From the IMG/VR virus record IMGVR_UViG_3300049173_000026, positions 1-36,955 of that record: a DNA stretch of 36,955 bases. One strand, given 5' to 3'. Below the pieces are notes generated by a model that worked only from the letters and a program-made list of their open reading frames with translations, was not told the origin of the DNA and ran no database searches. The position numbers were made by a program, and so were the translations under genes. Source of the DNA: a virus. Taxonomy: Duplodnaviria > Caudoviricetes. Each line of letters begins with the position of its first letter. The first letter of the stretch is position 1. This document shows positions 24,550 to 35,188 of this stretch, piece after piece.

Positions 24550-27500
24550 GTGTCGGACGCGAACATAGTCGGCCGGATCGCGGTCAAGGTCATGCCGGAC
24601 ACGTCCGGCTTCAAGGAAGACCTGAAGAAGAAGCTCGAAAAGATCGAGAACGATCTCGCGCTTACGATCCGCACGAAGGCCGACGCAGCCGGCGCCCGCA
24701 AGGACGTTCTCGAAATCGTCCGCTCGATCAACGCGGACAACAAGAAGACGGACTCCCGCAAGATCCGCTTCTACACGAAGCTCGACCTCAACGGCATGGC
24801 CAGCGAGGTCAAGCGGGCGGCCCGCGAGTACCAGGCCCGTGCGAGTCAGCACAAGATCGTGTTCAACGCGACCGGCCGTCAGCTCGTGCAGGCAGCCCGC
24901 CAGGCCAGCCAGGACGCACAGAGCGAGCTGTCGGACCTGCACGTCGGCGTGAACCTCGACTCGCAAGGCTCGGTCATGGCTGCGGTCGCCAAGGTCCGCG
25001 CCGCGATCGAGGCCCTCGGCGAGACCGATGTCGAGATCGGCATCAACACCGACGACCTGAACGCGGCCGTCGACATGTTCGAGGAGCGCCTCGACGAGAT
25101 CCGGCACATCACGCTGCGGGTCGACAAGGACTCGCAGTCCTCCGTGCAGGCCGCCATCAACCAGATCGACCGCGAGCTTTCCAACCTCCGCGCCGTCGAG
25201 ATCAAGGTCAAGCTCGACCGGGAATCCCTCGAATCCGAGCGCAAGAAGCTGCAACAGCTCCTCCGCCTGGAGCTGAAGTTCGACCCGCGCTCCACGAATT
25301 CCGTGAAGGCCGCTATCGCGCGGATCGACGCGGAACTCGCGAAGTTCAAGGAGATCGACCTCTCGGTCAAGATGGACGAGAAGTCGCTCCAGAAGGCACG
25401 AGCCCGCCTCGAAAAGCATCTGACCCTTGACCTTCAGGTCGACAAGAAGTCGATGTCCTCCGTCGAGGGCGCCCTGAAGCAGATCGAAGACCAGCTCGCC
25501 GAACTGGGCCGGGAAGAGATCAAGGTCAAGATGGACAAGCGGTCTCTCCTGACCGCTCAGGCCGACATGAAGGCCATCCTCAACGCCGAGATTCAGGCGA
25601 AGGTCACCGCGGATCGCGGGGCCGCGCAGAAGGCGCGCGACGAGATTCAGGCGCAGATGGACGCGATCCGCGTCCGGCCGAAGCTCGACGAGCAGATGGT
25701 CGCGCAGACGAAGCGGCAGCTCGAAGCCTCCTTCGAGCAGATGCGGGAGCTGAAGGCGAAGATCACGCCCGAGCTGGACGCGATGGAGAAGCGCAAGGTC
25801 GAGCGGGACATCGAAGACCTTCAGGAGAAGATCGACGGCCTCAAGGCGACGATCGAGCCCGAGGTCTCCCGAGGCGGCATCCTCGCGACGATCGCTCACA
25901 TGGCGGTCCTCTCGCGGGACCGGATCGTCGAGCTGGTCCCGCGCGTGAAGGTCTCGGCCGCCGCAACGGCTGTAGCCATGCTGCAAGCCCTCTCGGGCGC
26001 CCGCGTCCTGGGCGACATGTTCGAGCGCCTCGGCAACATGATCAAGAACCTCGACCGGTCGGCGCCGATCATCGGCACCCTGGCCACCGCGATAGCGGGC
26101 TTGTCGTCCTGGGGCATCGCGGCTGCGAGCAACCTCTTCACGATGTCCGCCTCGCTCGCGCAGATCGGGGCAACCTCCCTCGCCCTGCCGGGAATTCTCG
26201 GCGGAATGGCGATCGGCCTTGGCGTCACGGTCGCGGCCCTCAAGGACTTCAACAAGGTTCTGCCCGAGGTCAAGGGTAAGTTCTCTGAGCTTCAGAACTT
26301 GATCAGCGAGAACTTCTGGGCCAAGGCCAAGGCGCCGATCCGGGACCTGATCGACAGTCTCTTGCCCGAGCTGACGGCCGGGTTCGGGAAGACCTCCACG
26401 CAGCTCGGTTCGTTCTTCGGCGGATTCGCCACCGCCATTCAGTCCAGTCTCGCCCCCGCGCTGGGCGGCATGTTCGACGACCTCTCGAAGTCGATCGAGA
26501 TCGCCACGGGTGGAACTGACACCTGGGCGAACATGATCAAGATCCTGGGCGAGGTCGGCGCGGGCTACCTTCCCCAGCTCGCGCAGTGGTTCGTGAACGT
26601 CTCCGAGAAGGCGAACGCCTGGCTCAACAAGAAGGGTGAGTCCGGCCTCCGCGAAGAGATCGACCAGGGCATCCAAGCCCTGAAGGATCTCGGCGGGATC
26701 TTGTACGAGGTGGGCGGCATCTTCGCCGGCATCTCCCGCGCAGCCTCCGAGGCTGGCGGTTCCACGCTCGGGATGATCCGCCAGACCCTCGCCGGGGTTC
26801 ACGAGGCCGTCGACAGCAGTGGCGTACAGGCCAAGCTCGTCGGGCTGTTCACCGCCGCGCATGACGCGATGTCCAACATGGCGTCCACTGGCGGCGCCGA
26901 AGTGAAGGCGTTCTTCAGTGAGTTCGCCACACAACTGACGGTCCTTCTGCCGCAGGTCGGCACGATCCTCGGCACGGCGGTCGGCGCCATCGCTGCCGCA
27001 CTGAACCAGCCCGAGGTGTTCGTCGGCCTCTACAGCCTCTTCGACGGCGTACAGGCCGCAGTGGAAGCCCTCGCCCCCGCGATGGCCCCGCTGGGCCAGG
27101 CCCTCGGCGCGGCTCTGTCCCTGGTCGGCTCGTTCCTGACGATGCTCGGCCCGCTGGTCGCGGCCGTCCTGACGCCCCTCTCCGAGGCGTTCACGATGCT
27201 CGCCCCGGCGATCGAGCCCCTGATCGGTCTCCTCGGCGAGGCCCTGGGCGGCGTCGTCGCCGCGCTGGCTCCGCTGATCATGGCGGTTGTCACGGCGCTC
27301 GTTCCGCTGATCGAGGCTCTCGTCGCGGGCCTGGCCCCGATTATCCCGATCATCGTCGAGACCCTGGCCATGATGTCGGCTGCACTTCAGCCGGTTATCG
27401 AAATTCTGATGCAGATCCTCACGGCTGCGATTCTTCCGCTGATCCCCGTGATTCAGTCACTCGCCGCCGAATTCCTGCCGAAGATCGGGGAAGCGTTCAG

Positions 27501-29325
27501 CGCTGTCATGGAAGCGGTTCAGCCGCTCCTTCAGGCGCTCCTCGCGATCGTCGATTTCCTGATGCCGATACTGGCGCCCGCTATCGAGTTCATCGCGGGC
27601 CTCTTCCTCGACTCGCTCGTCATGGCGATTCAGGGTGTGGCTGATGTCCTCACCGGCCTGAAGGACATCTTCGTCGGTGTCTGGGACTTCATCGTCGGCT
27701 ACTTCAAGACGATCGTCGGTGTATTCGTCGGCCTGATCACGGGCGACTGGGGCATGGCCCTCGACGGCCTGAAGCAGATGTGGAGCGGCGTAAAGACGTT
27801 CCTCTCCGGGCTCTGGGACACCATCAAGGGTCTGTTCATGGTCTTCATGAACATCGGCATTCTCGGTGCCGGAAAGAAGATCCTGACCGCGATCAAGGGC
27901 CTCTGGGATAACTCCTGGGGCGCCATCAGGACCGCAGCAATAAACGTGTGGAACGCGACGAAGGCCAATTTCGACACGTTCATGGCGAACCTGAAGGCTG
28001 CCCCTGGCGCGGCCCTGCAAGCCATCATCAAGTTCTTCGGTGAGACTTGGGCGAAGATCAAGTCCGAGGCGGGTACCGCCTGGGAAGCGGTCAAGACGGT
28101 CTTCTCTCAGAAGATCAAGGACTGCGTCAACTTCGTCAAGGATCTCCCAGGGAACGTCAAGCAGATCTTCGGCGACGCCAAGTCTCTGCTTGTCGATGCA
28201 GGCAAGAAGATCATCACTGGCCTGATCGACGGTCTGAAGTCGATGTTCGGCTCGGTCAAGAGCACCCTCGGCGACCTGACGAGCAAGCTGACCGACTGGA
28301 AGGGCCCGGCTCCGAAGGACGCCAAGCTCCTCTATAACGCCGGTCGGCTGATCATTTCGGGTCTGATCAAGGGTCTGGAATCTCAGTACGCCAACGTCAA
28401 GAAGTCGCTTAACGAGCTGACTGCGAAGATCCCGAAGAACGCCTCGAAGGGTCTGAAGGACCGGATCAACAAGGACCGGGCTCAGCTTCTCAAGCTGGCC
28501 GCTCAGTGGGAGGCCGGGGCAAAGAAGCTCAAGGCGGCTCAGGAAAAGCTCGACAAGCTGCGCGAGCAGATGAGCGATTACGCGAAGCAGGTTGCGGATC
28601 GGGTCATCGACACGGGCGACGTGACGAAGGTCAAGGAGGCCACCTTCAGCGGCATCTCGGATGCGCTGAAGAACGCGGTCGAGGAGGCCAAGCGCTTCGC
28701 GGCCGTACTGGCGAAGCTCAAGAAGCTCGGCCTGAACCAGACCACCTTCGATCAAATCGCCATGGCCGGACCGGAGGCCGGACTCGCCGCAGCCGAGGCA
28801 ATCGCCAACGCGGGCGCGTCCGGCGTGTCTGAGATCAACGACCTCCAGAAGGAGCTGGAGAAGTACGCCAAGAGCGCCGGGTCCACCGCCTCGCACTACA
28901 TGTACGACGCGGGAGTTCAGGCGGCCGAGGGTCTCGTCAAGGGCCTCGAAGCGCAGCAGGACAAGATCGAAGCGCAGATGCTCAAGATCGCCGACGCGAT
29001 GGTCAACGCCATCAAGAAGGCCCTCGACATCCACAGCCCTTCGCGACTGTTCCGCAAGCTCGGCTCGTTTGTCGGCAAGGGCTTTGGCCTGGGCGTCGAG
29101 GACGAGCGGGCCCGCGTCGAGCGTGCAACCAACGCGCTCGCGTCGAGCGCCACTTCGGGGGCGTCCCGCGAGGTCACGGCCGCTGTCTCTGGCGGCCTCT
29201 CGGCGGCTGGCTCGGGCCAGGCCGTGACGAAGGTTCTCAACTACTACGCAGGCTCCGGAAGCTCCCTCTCGTCCGAGGAGGAGCTGTTCGCGGCTGCCTC
29301 GCGGGCAAGGATGGTCGGCTGGTGA
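24550..29325 (+). CDS. Tape measure protein
   Basis: About 1590 aa; VGRIAVKVMPDTSGF start; periodic aromatic repeats; DIHSPSR motif. Confidence 0.95.
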   Translation: MSDANIVGRIAVKVMPDTSGFKEDLKKKLEKIENDLALTIRTKADAAGARKDVLEIVRSINADNKKTDSRKIRFYTKLDLNGMASEVKRAAREYQARASQHKIVFNATGRQLVQAARQASQDAQSELSDLHVGVNLDSQGSVMAAVAKVRAAIEALGETDVEIGINTDDLNAAVDMFEERLDEIRHITLRVDKDSQSSVQAAINQIDRELSNLRAVEIKVKLDRESLESERKKLQQLLRLELKFDPRSTNSVKAAIARIDAELAKFKEIDLSVKMDEKSLQKARARLEKHLTLDLQVDKKSMSSVEGALKQIEDQLAELGREEIKVKMDKRSLLTAQADMKAILNAEIQAKVTADRGAAQKARDEIQAQMDAIRVRPKLDEQMVAQTKRQLEASFEQMRELKAKITPELDAMEKRKVERDIEDLQEKIDGLKATIEPEVSRGGILATIAHMAVLSRDRIVELVPRVKVSAAATAVAMLQALSGARVLGDMFERLGNMIKNLDRSAPIIGTLATAIAGLSSWGIAAASNLFTMSASLAQIGATSLALPGILGGMAIGLGVTVAALKDFNKVLPEVKGKFSELQNLISENFWAKAKAPIRDLIDSLLPELTAGFGKTSTQLGSFFGGFATAIQSSLAPALGGMFDDLSKSIEIATGGTDTWANMIKILGEVGAGYLPQLAQWFVNVSEKANAWLNKKGESGLREEIDQGIQALKDLGGILYEVGGIFAGISRAASEAGGSTLGMIRQTLAGVHEAVDSSGVQAKLVGLFTAAHDAMSNMASTGGAEVKAFFSEFATQLTVLLPQVGTILGTAVGAIAAALNQPEVFVGLYSLFDGVQAAVEALAPAMAPLGQALGAALSLVGSFLTMLGPLVAAVLTPLSEAFTMLAPAIEPLIGLLGEALGGVVAALAPLIMAVVTALVPLIEALVAGLAPIIPIIVETLAMMSAALQPVIEILMQILTAAILPLIPVIQSLAAEFLPKIGEAFSAVMEAVQPLLQALLAIVDFLMPILAPAIEFIAGLFLDSLVMAIQGVADVLTGLKDIFVGVWDFIVGYFKTIVGVFVGLITGDWGMALDGLKQMWSGVKTFLSGLWDTIKGLFMVFMNIGILGAGKKILTAIKGLWDNSWGAIRTAAINVWNATKANFDTFMANLKAAPGAALQAIIKFFGETWAKIKSEAGTAWEAVKTVFSQKIKDCVNFVKDLPGNVKQIFGDAKSLLVDAGKKIITGLIDGLKSMFGSVKSTLGDLTSKLTDWKGPAPKDAKLLYNAGRLIISGLIKGLESQYANVKKSLNELTAKIPKNASKGLKDRINKDRAQLLKLAAQWEAGAKKLKAAQEKLDKLREQMSDYAKQVADRVIDTGDVTKVKEATFSGISDALKNAVEEAKRFAAVLAKLKKLGLNQTTFDQIAMAGPEAGLAAAEAIANAGASGVSEINDLQKELEKYAKSAGSTASHYMYDAGVQAAEGLVKGLEAQQDKIEAQMLKIADAMVNAIKKALDIHSPSRLFRKLGSFVGKGFGLGVEDERARVERATNALASSATSGASREVTAAVSGGLSAAGSGQAVTKVLNYYAGSGSSLSSEEELFAAASRARMVGW

Positions 29326-30170
29326 AGTTGGAACTGAGTTCGGCCTCGGACAGGCTCAGCCTGGACGGGTTCGAGACGGATGGGCTGGGGTTTCAGGCCC
29401 TCGCCGGGGCAACCGGCCTGGGCCTGCCCCAGCTCTCCGTTCAGTGGCTCGAAGGCGCAGGGGACGGCGCCGCCTACCGTGGGCGGCGCGTCCTCCCCCG
29501 CGACATCGACATACCCCTCGACATCGTGGGACGGGACAGGGCGCACCTGTCCGGGCTGGTGACTCGCCTCGCGCGGGTCCTGGCGGACGAGAGCGGTCTC
29601 ACGCTGACGTACATCGACAGCGGGGGCGTGCGCTGGTCTACCTCGGTCGCCTGGATCGGTGGCGGCGAGATGGACGCCGGCACCAGCGCGCGGGACGTGC
29701 AGACCGTCATCACGCTGCGGGCGCCGAGCCCGTACTTCCTCGCCGAGTCCCCGCAGACGGTTCCGCTCGGCGGGGCCTCGGCGGGCGCGTTCCTGTCGTC
29801 CATGTCGTCCATGCCGCTCGCCTCGTCACAGGCGATCGGCGCCGTACAGCTCTCCAACGAGGGCGACGTGAACGCCTTCCCTGTATGGGAGGTGACCGGG
29901 CCGGGCGACAACTTCAAGGCGATCAGCGCGACCGGCAAAACTCTGCACTGGACGGGGACGCTCACGGCCGGACAGAAGCTGATCGTCGACATGGGGGCGG
30001 GCACGGTCAAGGACGGCACCGGAGCGAACCGGTACGCGTCGCTGGCTGCCGCCCCGCACTTCTGGTCGGTCCCGCCCGGCGTCTCGACGGCAACGGCCTC
30101 ACTCCTCAACACCACGTCCGCTTCAAAGGTCGTGTGCTCCTGGCGGCCTCGTAAGTGGGTGGTGATCTAG
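29322..30170 (+). CDS. Distal tail protein / minor tail protein
   Basis: Follows the tape measure gene; NEGDVNAFPVWEVTGP. Confidence 0.85.
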   Translation: MKLELSSASDRLSLDGFETDGLGFQALAGATGLGLPQLSVQWLEGAGDGAAYRGRRVLPRDIDIPLDIVGRDRAHLSGLVTRLARVLADESGLTLTYIDSGGVRWSTSVAWIGGGEMDAGTSARDVQTVITLRAPSPYFLAESPQTVPLGGASAGAFLSSMSSMPLASSQAIGAVQLSNEGDVNAFPVWEVTGPGDNFKAISATGKTLHWTGTLTAGQKLIVDMGAGTVKDGTGANRYASLAAAPHFWSVPPGVSTATASLLNTTSASKVVCSWRPRKWVVI

Positions 30171-32629
30171 TGAGACAAGACGATCTCCTCGTCGAGGTAC
30201 GCGACAAGACCCTGACGCGCGTCGGCGCCATCCCTGCGGATCTCCTGACGATGGACGCCGAGGACGTACACAACAACGTCGGTACCTGGAAGCTCCAGAT
30301 CAACGCGGAGCATCCGCTCGCCGCCGTCTTGTCCACGCCGGGCGCGGGCATCATCGTCACCGGCCCTACGGATGTCCTCTTCTCGGGGCCGGTGACGAAG
30401 ACGGAGAACGCCGTCACCGCGACCGACCCTCTCGGCACGCTGACCGTCGAGGGCGTGGACGACACGATCATCCTGGCGGACATGCTCGCCTGGCCGGACC
30501 CGGCCAACGGGGACGCCGCCACCCAGAGCCGTGCCTACGACGACCGGACCGACACGGCCGAGTCGCTCATGCACTACTACGTCAACGCGAACTGCGGCCC
30601 CGGAGCCCCGACCAACCGGCGCCGAGCCGGGCTCATCATGGGCACGAACGGCCTGCGCGGCTCGATCGTCAGCAAGTCCCCCCGCTTCCAGCAGCTCGGC
30701 GAGCTGTGCAAGGAACTGGCCGACCCGAACGGCCTCGGCTTCCGCATCGTCCAGCGAGGCTCGAACCTCGTCTTCGAGACGTACGCGGTAGCCGACCGCA
30801 CAGCGGAGGCCCGGCTCGGCGTCGTGAACAACACGCTCGCGGGCCAGCGGGTGTCGGTGTCGACGCCGGCAAAAACTCGAGTAATCGTCGGCGGCGATGG
30901 AGACGGCTCGAATCGCCTCTTCGTCCCTGTCGACAACGCCGACTCGATCGCGGCCGAGACGGACTGGGGCCGCCGGATCGAGACGTTCATCGACGAGCGG
31001 TCCTCGACCGACACGGCCGAGCTGACGCAGAAGGGCACGGAGGCCCTCGCCGATGGCGGCACGACCGTCAAGGCAGCGCAGGCCGTACCGATGGAAGACA
31101 GCGCGCTCGACTTCGGCGTGGACTGGTTCCTCGGCGACAAGGTGTCCGTGATCGTGGGCGGCTCCGAGATGGCGGCCGTCGTCACGAGCATGGTCCTGAA
31201 GGTCGACTCGGACGGCTACCGGCTCGGCGCCACCCTGGGCGACCCGACGCCGCTTTCCCCTGACGCGTCGGCGGCTGCCGCGCAGAAGGATTTGGAGTCG
31301 CGCGTCTCGTCGCTGGAGCGCACGGCCGAGGCCACCCCGCCCGGCCCCCGCGTCATCGAGCCGGGCGGGATTACGCAGGCCACGCCGCCCACGGCTTACC
31401 CGCAGGGCGAGACGACTGAGTTCTACCTGAGCGCCACTGCCGCCACTTCGGGCGGCTGGGACTTCGGCGGCAAGTGGGGGTACGTCACTACCCGCGTGTG
31501 GTCCGGCGGCGACGCTACGCAGACATGGCGCCGCGTCCACTCGAACACGACGGCCCATGAGATGTGGGTCCGCGGTGGCAATACGAGCGGCTGGTCGCCC
31601 TGGCGGCAGGTCGGCTTCGATCACCTGTTGACGGCCTCCGCCGTCACTCAGTCGACAGCCGTCTCGTCCTACCCGGAGGGGACCTCGACTGTCTACATCA
31701 CCGACACCGAGGCGACTTCGGGTGGCTGGGAGTTCGGTGGCAAGTGGGGAATCCTCGCCACGCGCCGAGTAGGCGTCAACGCCTCGCAGACGTGGCAACG
31801 GGTTGGCGGCAGTGACACGACTCCCGAGACGTGGACGCGCGCCGGCAACAGCTCGGGCTGGGGTTCTTGGCGGCAGGTCGGTTTCGACGCGCAGTTGAAC
31901 CCCGCGAGCTTCACCCAAAGCTCACTACCGGGCGCGTACCCCTACGGCGTGTCCACGATGACGATGAACGAGACGCAGGCCGCTGCCGGCGGGTGGGCCT
32001 TCGGCAACGGAGGCAAGTACGGCACCGTGCGCACGGTCCATCCCGTGGGCAGTACCTACGCTCACCAGACGTGGCTACGGCTCAGCCCGACCACAGTCGA
32101 GGAGTGGACGCGTACAGGCAACGACGCCGCAGGTTGGACGGCTTGGCGGACCTCGGCCTTCAACGAGAAAGCCGCGAAGGGCGTCCTCGCCATGCAGACG
32201 CTCGCCACCTCGTCGTACATCGGCGACACGGCGACCGTGGTCTACACGCAGCAATTCACGGCCGAGGCAGGCCGTTGCTACAAGGCCGTACTCAGGATCG
32301 CGGCCATCGACACAGACGGCACGGGCGATAACGCCAGCCTCCGCTACGCGAAGCAGGGCGCCTATACCTGCGTCCGCTGGGCTGCCGGATCGACGGTCTC
32401 CACTACAAGCACGCTCGTCGGCGACGCATTCAGCACGACCTTCGACGACGACTCGAACACGGCGACCGGCCTAGACATCAACTGCTACATCAACAACCCC
32501 CCGGCCGGTCTGATCACGGTCGGCGTCACGCTCAGCACTCGCCGAGCCGCCGCGACTTACGGCATGGTCCGCTTCCTGCCGGGCTCCCTGTCGCAGTTGG
32601 TCATTGAGGACGCGGGCGCGGCCATCTAA
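30170..32629 (+). CDS. Minor tail protein (ReqiPepy6 Gp37-like hub) with a repeated C-terminal extension
   Basis: N-terminal hub with WGRRIETFID and FGVDWFLGDKV; three internal repeats of about 87 aa. Confidence 0.8.
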   Translation: MRQDDLLVEVRDKTLTRVGAIPADLLTMDAEDVHNNVGTWKLQINAEHPLAAVLSTPGAGIIVTGPTDVLFSGPVTKTENAVTATDPLGTLTVEGVDDTIILADMLAWPDPANGDAATQSRAYDDRTDTAESLMHYYVNANCGPGAPTNRRRAGLIMGTNGLRGSIVSKSPRFQQLGELCKELADPNGLGFRIVQRGSNLVFETYAVADRTAEARLGVVNNTLAGQRVSVSTPAKTRVIVGGDGDGSNRLFVPVDNADSIAAETDWGRRIETFIDERSSTDTAELTQKGTEALADGGTTVKAAQAVPMEDSALDFGVDWFLGDKVSVIVGGSEMAAVVTSMVLKVDSDGYRLGATLGDPTPLSPDASAAAAQKDLESRVSSLERTAEATPPGPRVIEPGGITQATPPTAYPQGETTEFYLSATAATSGGWDFGGKWGYVTTRVWSGGDATQTWRRVHSNTTAHEMWVRGGNTSGWSPWRQVGFDHLLTASAVTQSTAVSSYPEGTSTVYITDTEATSGGWEFGGKWGILATRRVGVNASQTWQRVGGSDTTPETWTRAGNSSGWGSWRQVGFDAQLNPASFTQSSLPGAYPYGVSTMTMNETQAAAGGWAFGNGGKYGTVRTVHPVGSTYAHQTWLRLSPTTVEEWTRTGNDAAGWTAWRTSAFNEKAAKGVLAMQTLATSSYIGDTATVVYTQQFTAEAGRCYKAVLRIAAIDTDGTGDNASLRYAKQGAYTCVRWAAGSTVSTTSTLVGDAFSTTFDDDSNTATGLDINCYINNPPAGLITVGVTLSTRRAAATYGMVRFLPGSLSQLVIEDAGAAI

Positions 32630-32641
32630 GGAGTTCCCCCT

Positions 32642-33952
32642 TTGGCTATCACCTCCTACCCCTTTGACGCCCAGGTCGTCACCGAGACGCAGTACAGCCA
32701 GATGTTCCGCGAGTTCCAGGACTCGGGCGTCGTCGCTTCCTTCGGCTCGTCCTCGGGCTTCCAGGTCACCGCCGGCACCGGCATGAACCTCAACGTGTCG
32801 GCGGGCCTGGCCTTCCTGCGGGGCTTCATGGCGCAGTCCACCGCGACCGAGGTCGTCGCGATCCCGGCCGCGAGCACGTCCGTCCGCGTCGACCGTGTGA
32901 TCCTGCGCCTCGACCCGTCCCTGAACAGCATCGTCCTGGCGGTGAAGCAGGGCACCGCAGGCTCGACGACTCCCCCGGCCCTGACCCAGACCGACACGGG
33001 CATCTTCGAGCTTGGGCTCGCGTCCATCACGGTCAACGCGAATGTCACCTCGATCGCGGCCGGGGACATCGTCCGCATCCGCCCGTTCGTGGGACACCGC
33101 GTCGGCGCGTGGAACACCAGCACCCGCCCGACTTCTCCGCGCTTCGGGATGCTCGGCTACAACGCCGACACGAGCCGGTGGGAGTTCTGGAACGACACGG
33201 CGTGGACGCCGCTCATCTCGAATGTGGACTGGGCCAACCTGTCCGGCAAGCCTGCGACGTTCCCGCCGTCCGTGCACACGCACACGTGGTCACAGATCAC
33301 CGACGCGCCCACGTCCCTGCCCCCGGCCGCCCACACTCACGACTGGTCGCAGGTCACGAACAAGCCGACGAGTTATGCCCCGAGCGCGCACGGCCACGCC
33401 TGGTCGGAGCTGACCGGCGTCCCCGCGACGTTCGCTCCGTCGTCCCACTCTCACACGTGGTCGAGCGTCACCTCGAAGCCGACCACGTTTCCGCCGTCGT
33501 CCCACTCCCACTCGTCCTACCTGGAGTCCGGGGACACGATCGCCTGGGCCAACGGCACGAAGCGCGTCCACGCCGACTCTGTGTCCGGCTCCGGGACGTA
33601 CTACGCGGTGTGGGTGCAGGGTGACGGGACCTTCGCTCGCAACACCTCGTCCCGCCGCTTCAAGCAGAACATCAGGGACATCGACATCGACCCCGATGCA
33701 GTTCTGTCCCTGCGTCCCCGCATCTACGACCGGCGCCCGAAGGAAGAGGGCGGCGACTACCTGCGGGACGAGTTCGGCCTGATCGCCGAAGAGGTCGCGG
33801 AGACGCTTCCCGAGATCGTCACCTACGACGAAGAGGGACGCATCGACGCCCTGCGCTACGACCTTCTCGGGGTCGCTCTCCTGCCCGTCGTGCAGGCGCA
33901 GGCCGACCGCATCGAGCGTCTGGAGCGCCTCGTCGAGGAGCTGACCCGATGA
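32642..33952 (+). CDS. Tail fiber with C-terminal intramolecular chaperone (peptidase S74-like)
   Basis: AITSYPFD start, HxH repeats (PSVHTHTW), SSRRFKQNI...GLIAEEV...coiled coil. Confidence 0.87.
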   Translation: MAITSYPFDAQVVTETQYSQMFREFQDSGVVASFGSSSGFQVTAGTGMNLNVSAGLAFLRGFMAQSTATEVVAIPAASTSVRVDRVILRLDPSLNSIVLAVKQGTAGSTTPPALTQTDTGIFELGLASITVNANVTSIAAGDIVRIRPFVGHRVGAWNTSTRPTSPRFGMLGYNADTSRWEFWNDTAWTPLISNVDWANLSGKPATFPPSVHTHTWSQITDAPTSLPPAAHTHDWSQVTNKPTSYAPSAHGHAWSELTGVPATFAPSSHSHTWSSVTSKPTTFPPSSHSHSSYLESGDTIAWANGTKRVHADSVSGSGTYYAVWVQGDGTFARNTSSRRFKQNIRDIDIDPDAVLSLRPRIYDRRPKEEGGDYLRDEFGLIAEEVAETLPEIVTYDEEGRIDALRYDLLGVALLPVVQAQADRIERLERLVEELTR

Positions 33953-34302
33953 CTTTTGACCCCTCCGTTCAGGTCGCCATGATCTCTACCGGCGGAGTGG
34001 TCACCGCGGCCTTGGTCGGCGTCCTCGTCGAGCTGGTGAGACGACAGGGGACAGCCCTTAACGAAGTGCGCGAGCACACGCAAGAGGCCCGTGATCAAGT
34101 CTCCAACACCCACAGCACGAACCTGCGAGACGACCTGGACCGCGTGATCTCGGGACTCGATCTCGTCCTCGCGGGACAGGCCGAGCACAGCCGGGACATC
34201 CGCGAACTGCGCGCCGAGCTGTCCCACGAACGCGTCGAGCGCCTGGCCGTCTCCGAGCGTCTCGACACCCACATCACTTCCGCTGTCCTGCGAGACAGCT
34301 GA
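33949..34302 (+). CDS. Membrane protein (DUF2746-like), lysis region
   Basis: N-terminal TM; QVSNTHSTNLRDDLD motif. Confidence 0.8.
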   Translation: MTFDPSVQVAMISTGGVVTAALVGVLVELVRRQGTALNEVREHTQEARDQVSNTHSTNLRDDLDRVISGLDLVLAGQAEHSRDIRELRAELSHERVERLAVSERLDTHITSAVLRDS

Positions 34303-34366
34303 CCCGATTACGTCCCCTGCGGCCCCGCCTGGTGCGGGGCCTTCGTCATGCCCGGAGGTATGTCCC

Positions 34367-35188
34367 GTGTCTGTCTCGATCGTCAGCCGTAAGTCCTGGG
34401 GCGCGAAGCCCTGGAACGGTGACCCTGCCGAGGTCCCGCTGTCCAAGCGCACCGAGTTCTTCGTCCACTATCACGGCGGTGTCCCCGCCCACTCGACCGG
34501 CGTTGCTGTCCCGCGCGAGGTCGAGAAGATCCACGTCGGGCAGGGCTGGGCCGGGACTGGCTACAACTTCATGGTCGACCAGAACGGGACCATCTACGAG
34601 GGCCGAGGGTGGGGCCTTCAGGGCGCCCACTGTCCCGATCACAACGTCTCCGGGTTCGGCGTGTACGTGGCCATCGGCGGCGACCAGAAGCCCTCGGACA
34701 AGGCGCTCGCCTCGGTGCGTGCGCTGTACGACGAGGCGTGCAAGCGGACCGGCCGGGCCCTGGCCAAGCGGGGACACAAGGACGGCTTCGCGACCGCCTG
34801 CCCCGGCGTCCACCTGTACCAGTGGGTGAAGGACGGCATGCCCGCCCCGAAGGCGGCCGAGCCCGAGAAGCCGAAGCCGCCGGCATCGAAGCCCGCTCCG
34901 AAGCCTGCCCCGAAGCCTGTCTCGAAGCCTGTCTCGAAGATCGTCGCCCTGTCCCCCAAGGTGAAGCCTGGCGCCCGGCACGCCCAGGTGAAGGAGCTTC
35001 AGCAGCTCCTCGTGAAGGCGGGGTACGGCCCGATCGCGGGGGCGTACACCACCCTGTACGGCCCGGAGACTCAGCGCGCCGTCGCCCGCTTCCACGACCG
35101 CAACCCGAAGTACCGCAGCGGCCTCCACGACCCGAAGATCGGGCCGCAGGGCTTCATCGCCCTTCAGAAGCAGGCGGGGCGCCGGTGA
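34367..35188 (+). CDS. Endolysin: N-acetylmuramoyl-L-alanine amidase with peptidoglycan-binding domain
   Basis: SRKSWGA, VHY, GYNF, YEGRGW, GAH, GHKD...TACPG; Pro/Lys linker; YGPETQRAV. Confidence 0.93.
   Translation: MSVSIVSRKSWGAKPWNGDPAEVPLSKRTEFFVHYHGGVPAHSTGVAVPREVEKIHVGQGWAGTGYNFMVDQNGTIYEGRGWGLQGAHCPDHNVSGFGVYVAIGGDQKPSDKALASVRALYDEACKRTGRALAKRGHKDGFATACPGVHLYQWVKDGMPAPKAAEPEKPKPPASKPAPKPAPKPVSKPVSKIVALSPKVKPGARHAQVKELQQLLVKAGYGPIAGAYTTLYGPETQRAVARFHDRNPKYRSGLHDPKIGPQGFIALQKQAGRR

Noticed and set aside
24496-29034. Long antisense ORFs (812 aa and 525 aa) opposite the tape measure gene, and similar shadow ORFs elsewhere
   Set aside because: Expected artefact of high-GC codon bias; no RBS or recognisable motifs.
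33225-33515. Tail fiber repeats as a diversity-generating or invertible system
   Set aside because: These are protein-level HxH repeats; no reverse transcriptase, template repeat or invertase is seen.
34845-34940. CCGAAGCC tandem repeats
   Set aside because: They encode the Pro/Lys linker of the endolysin, which is ordinary.
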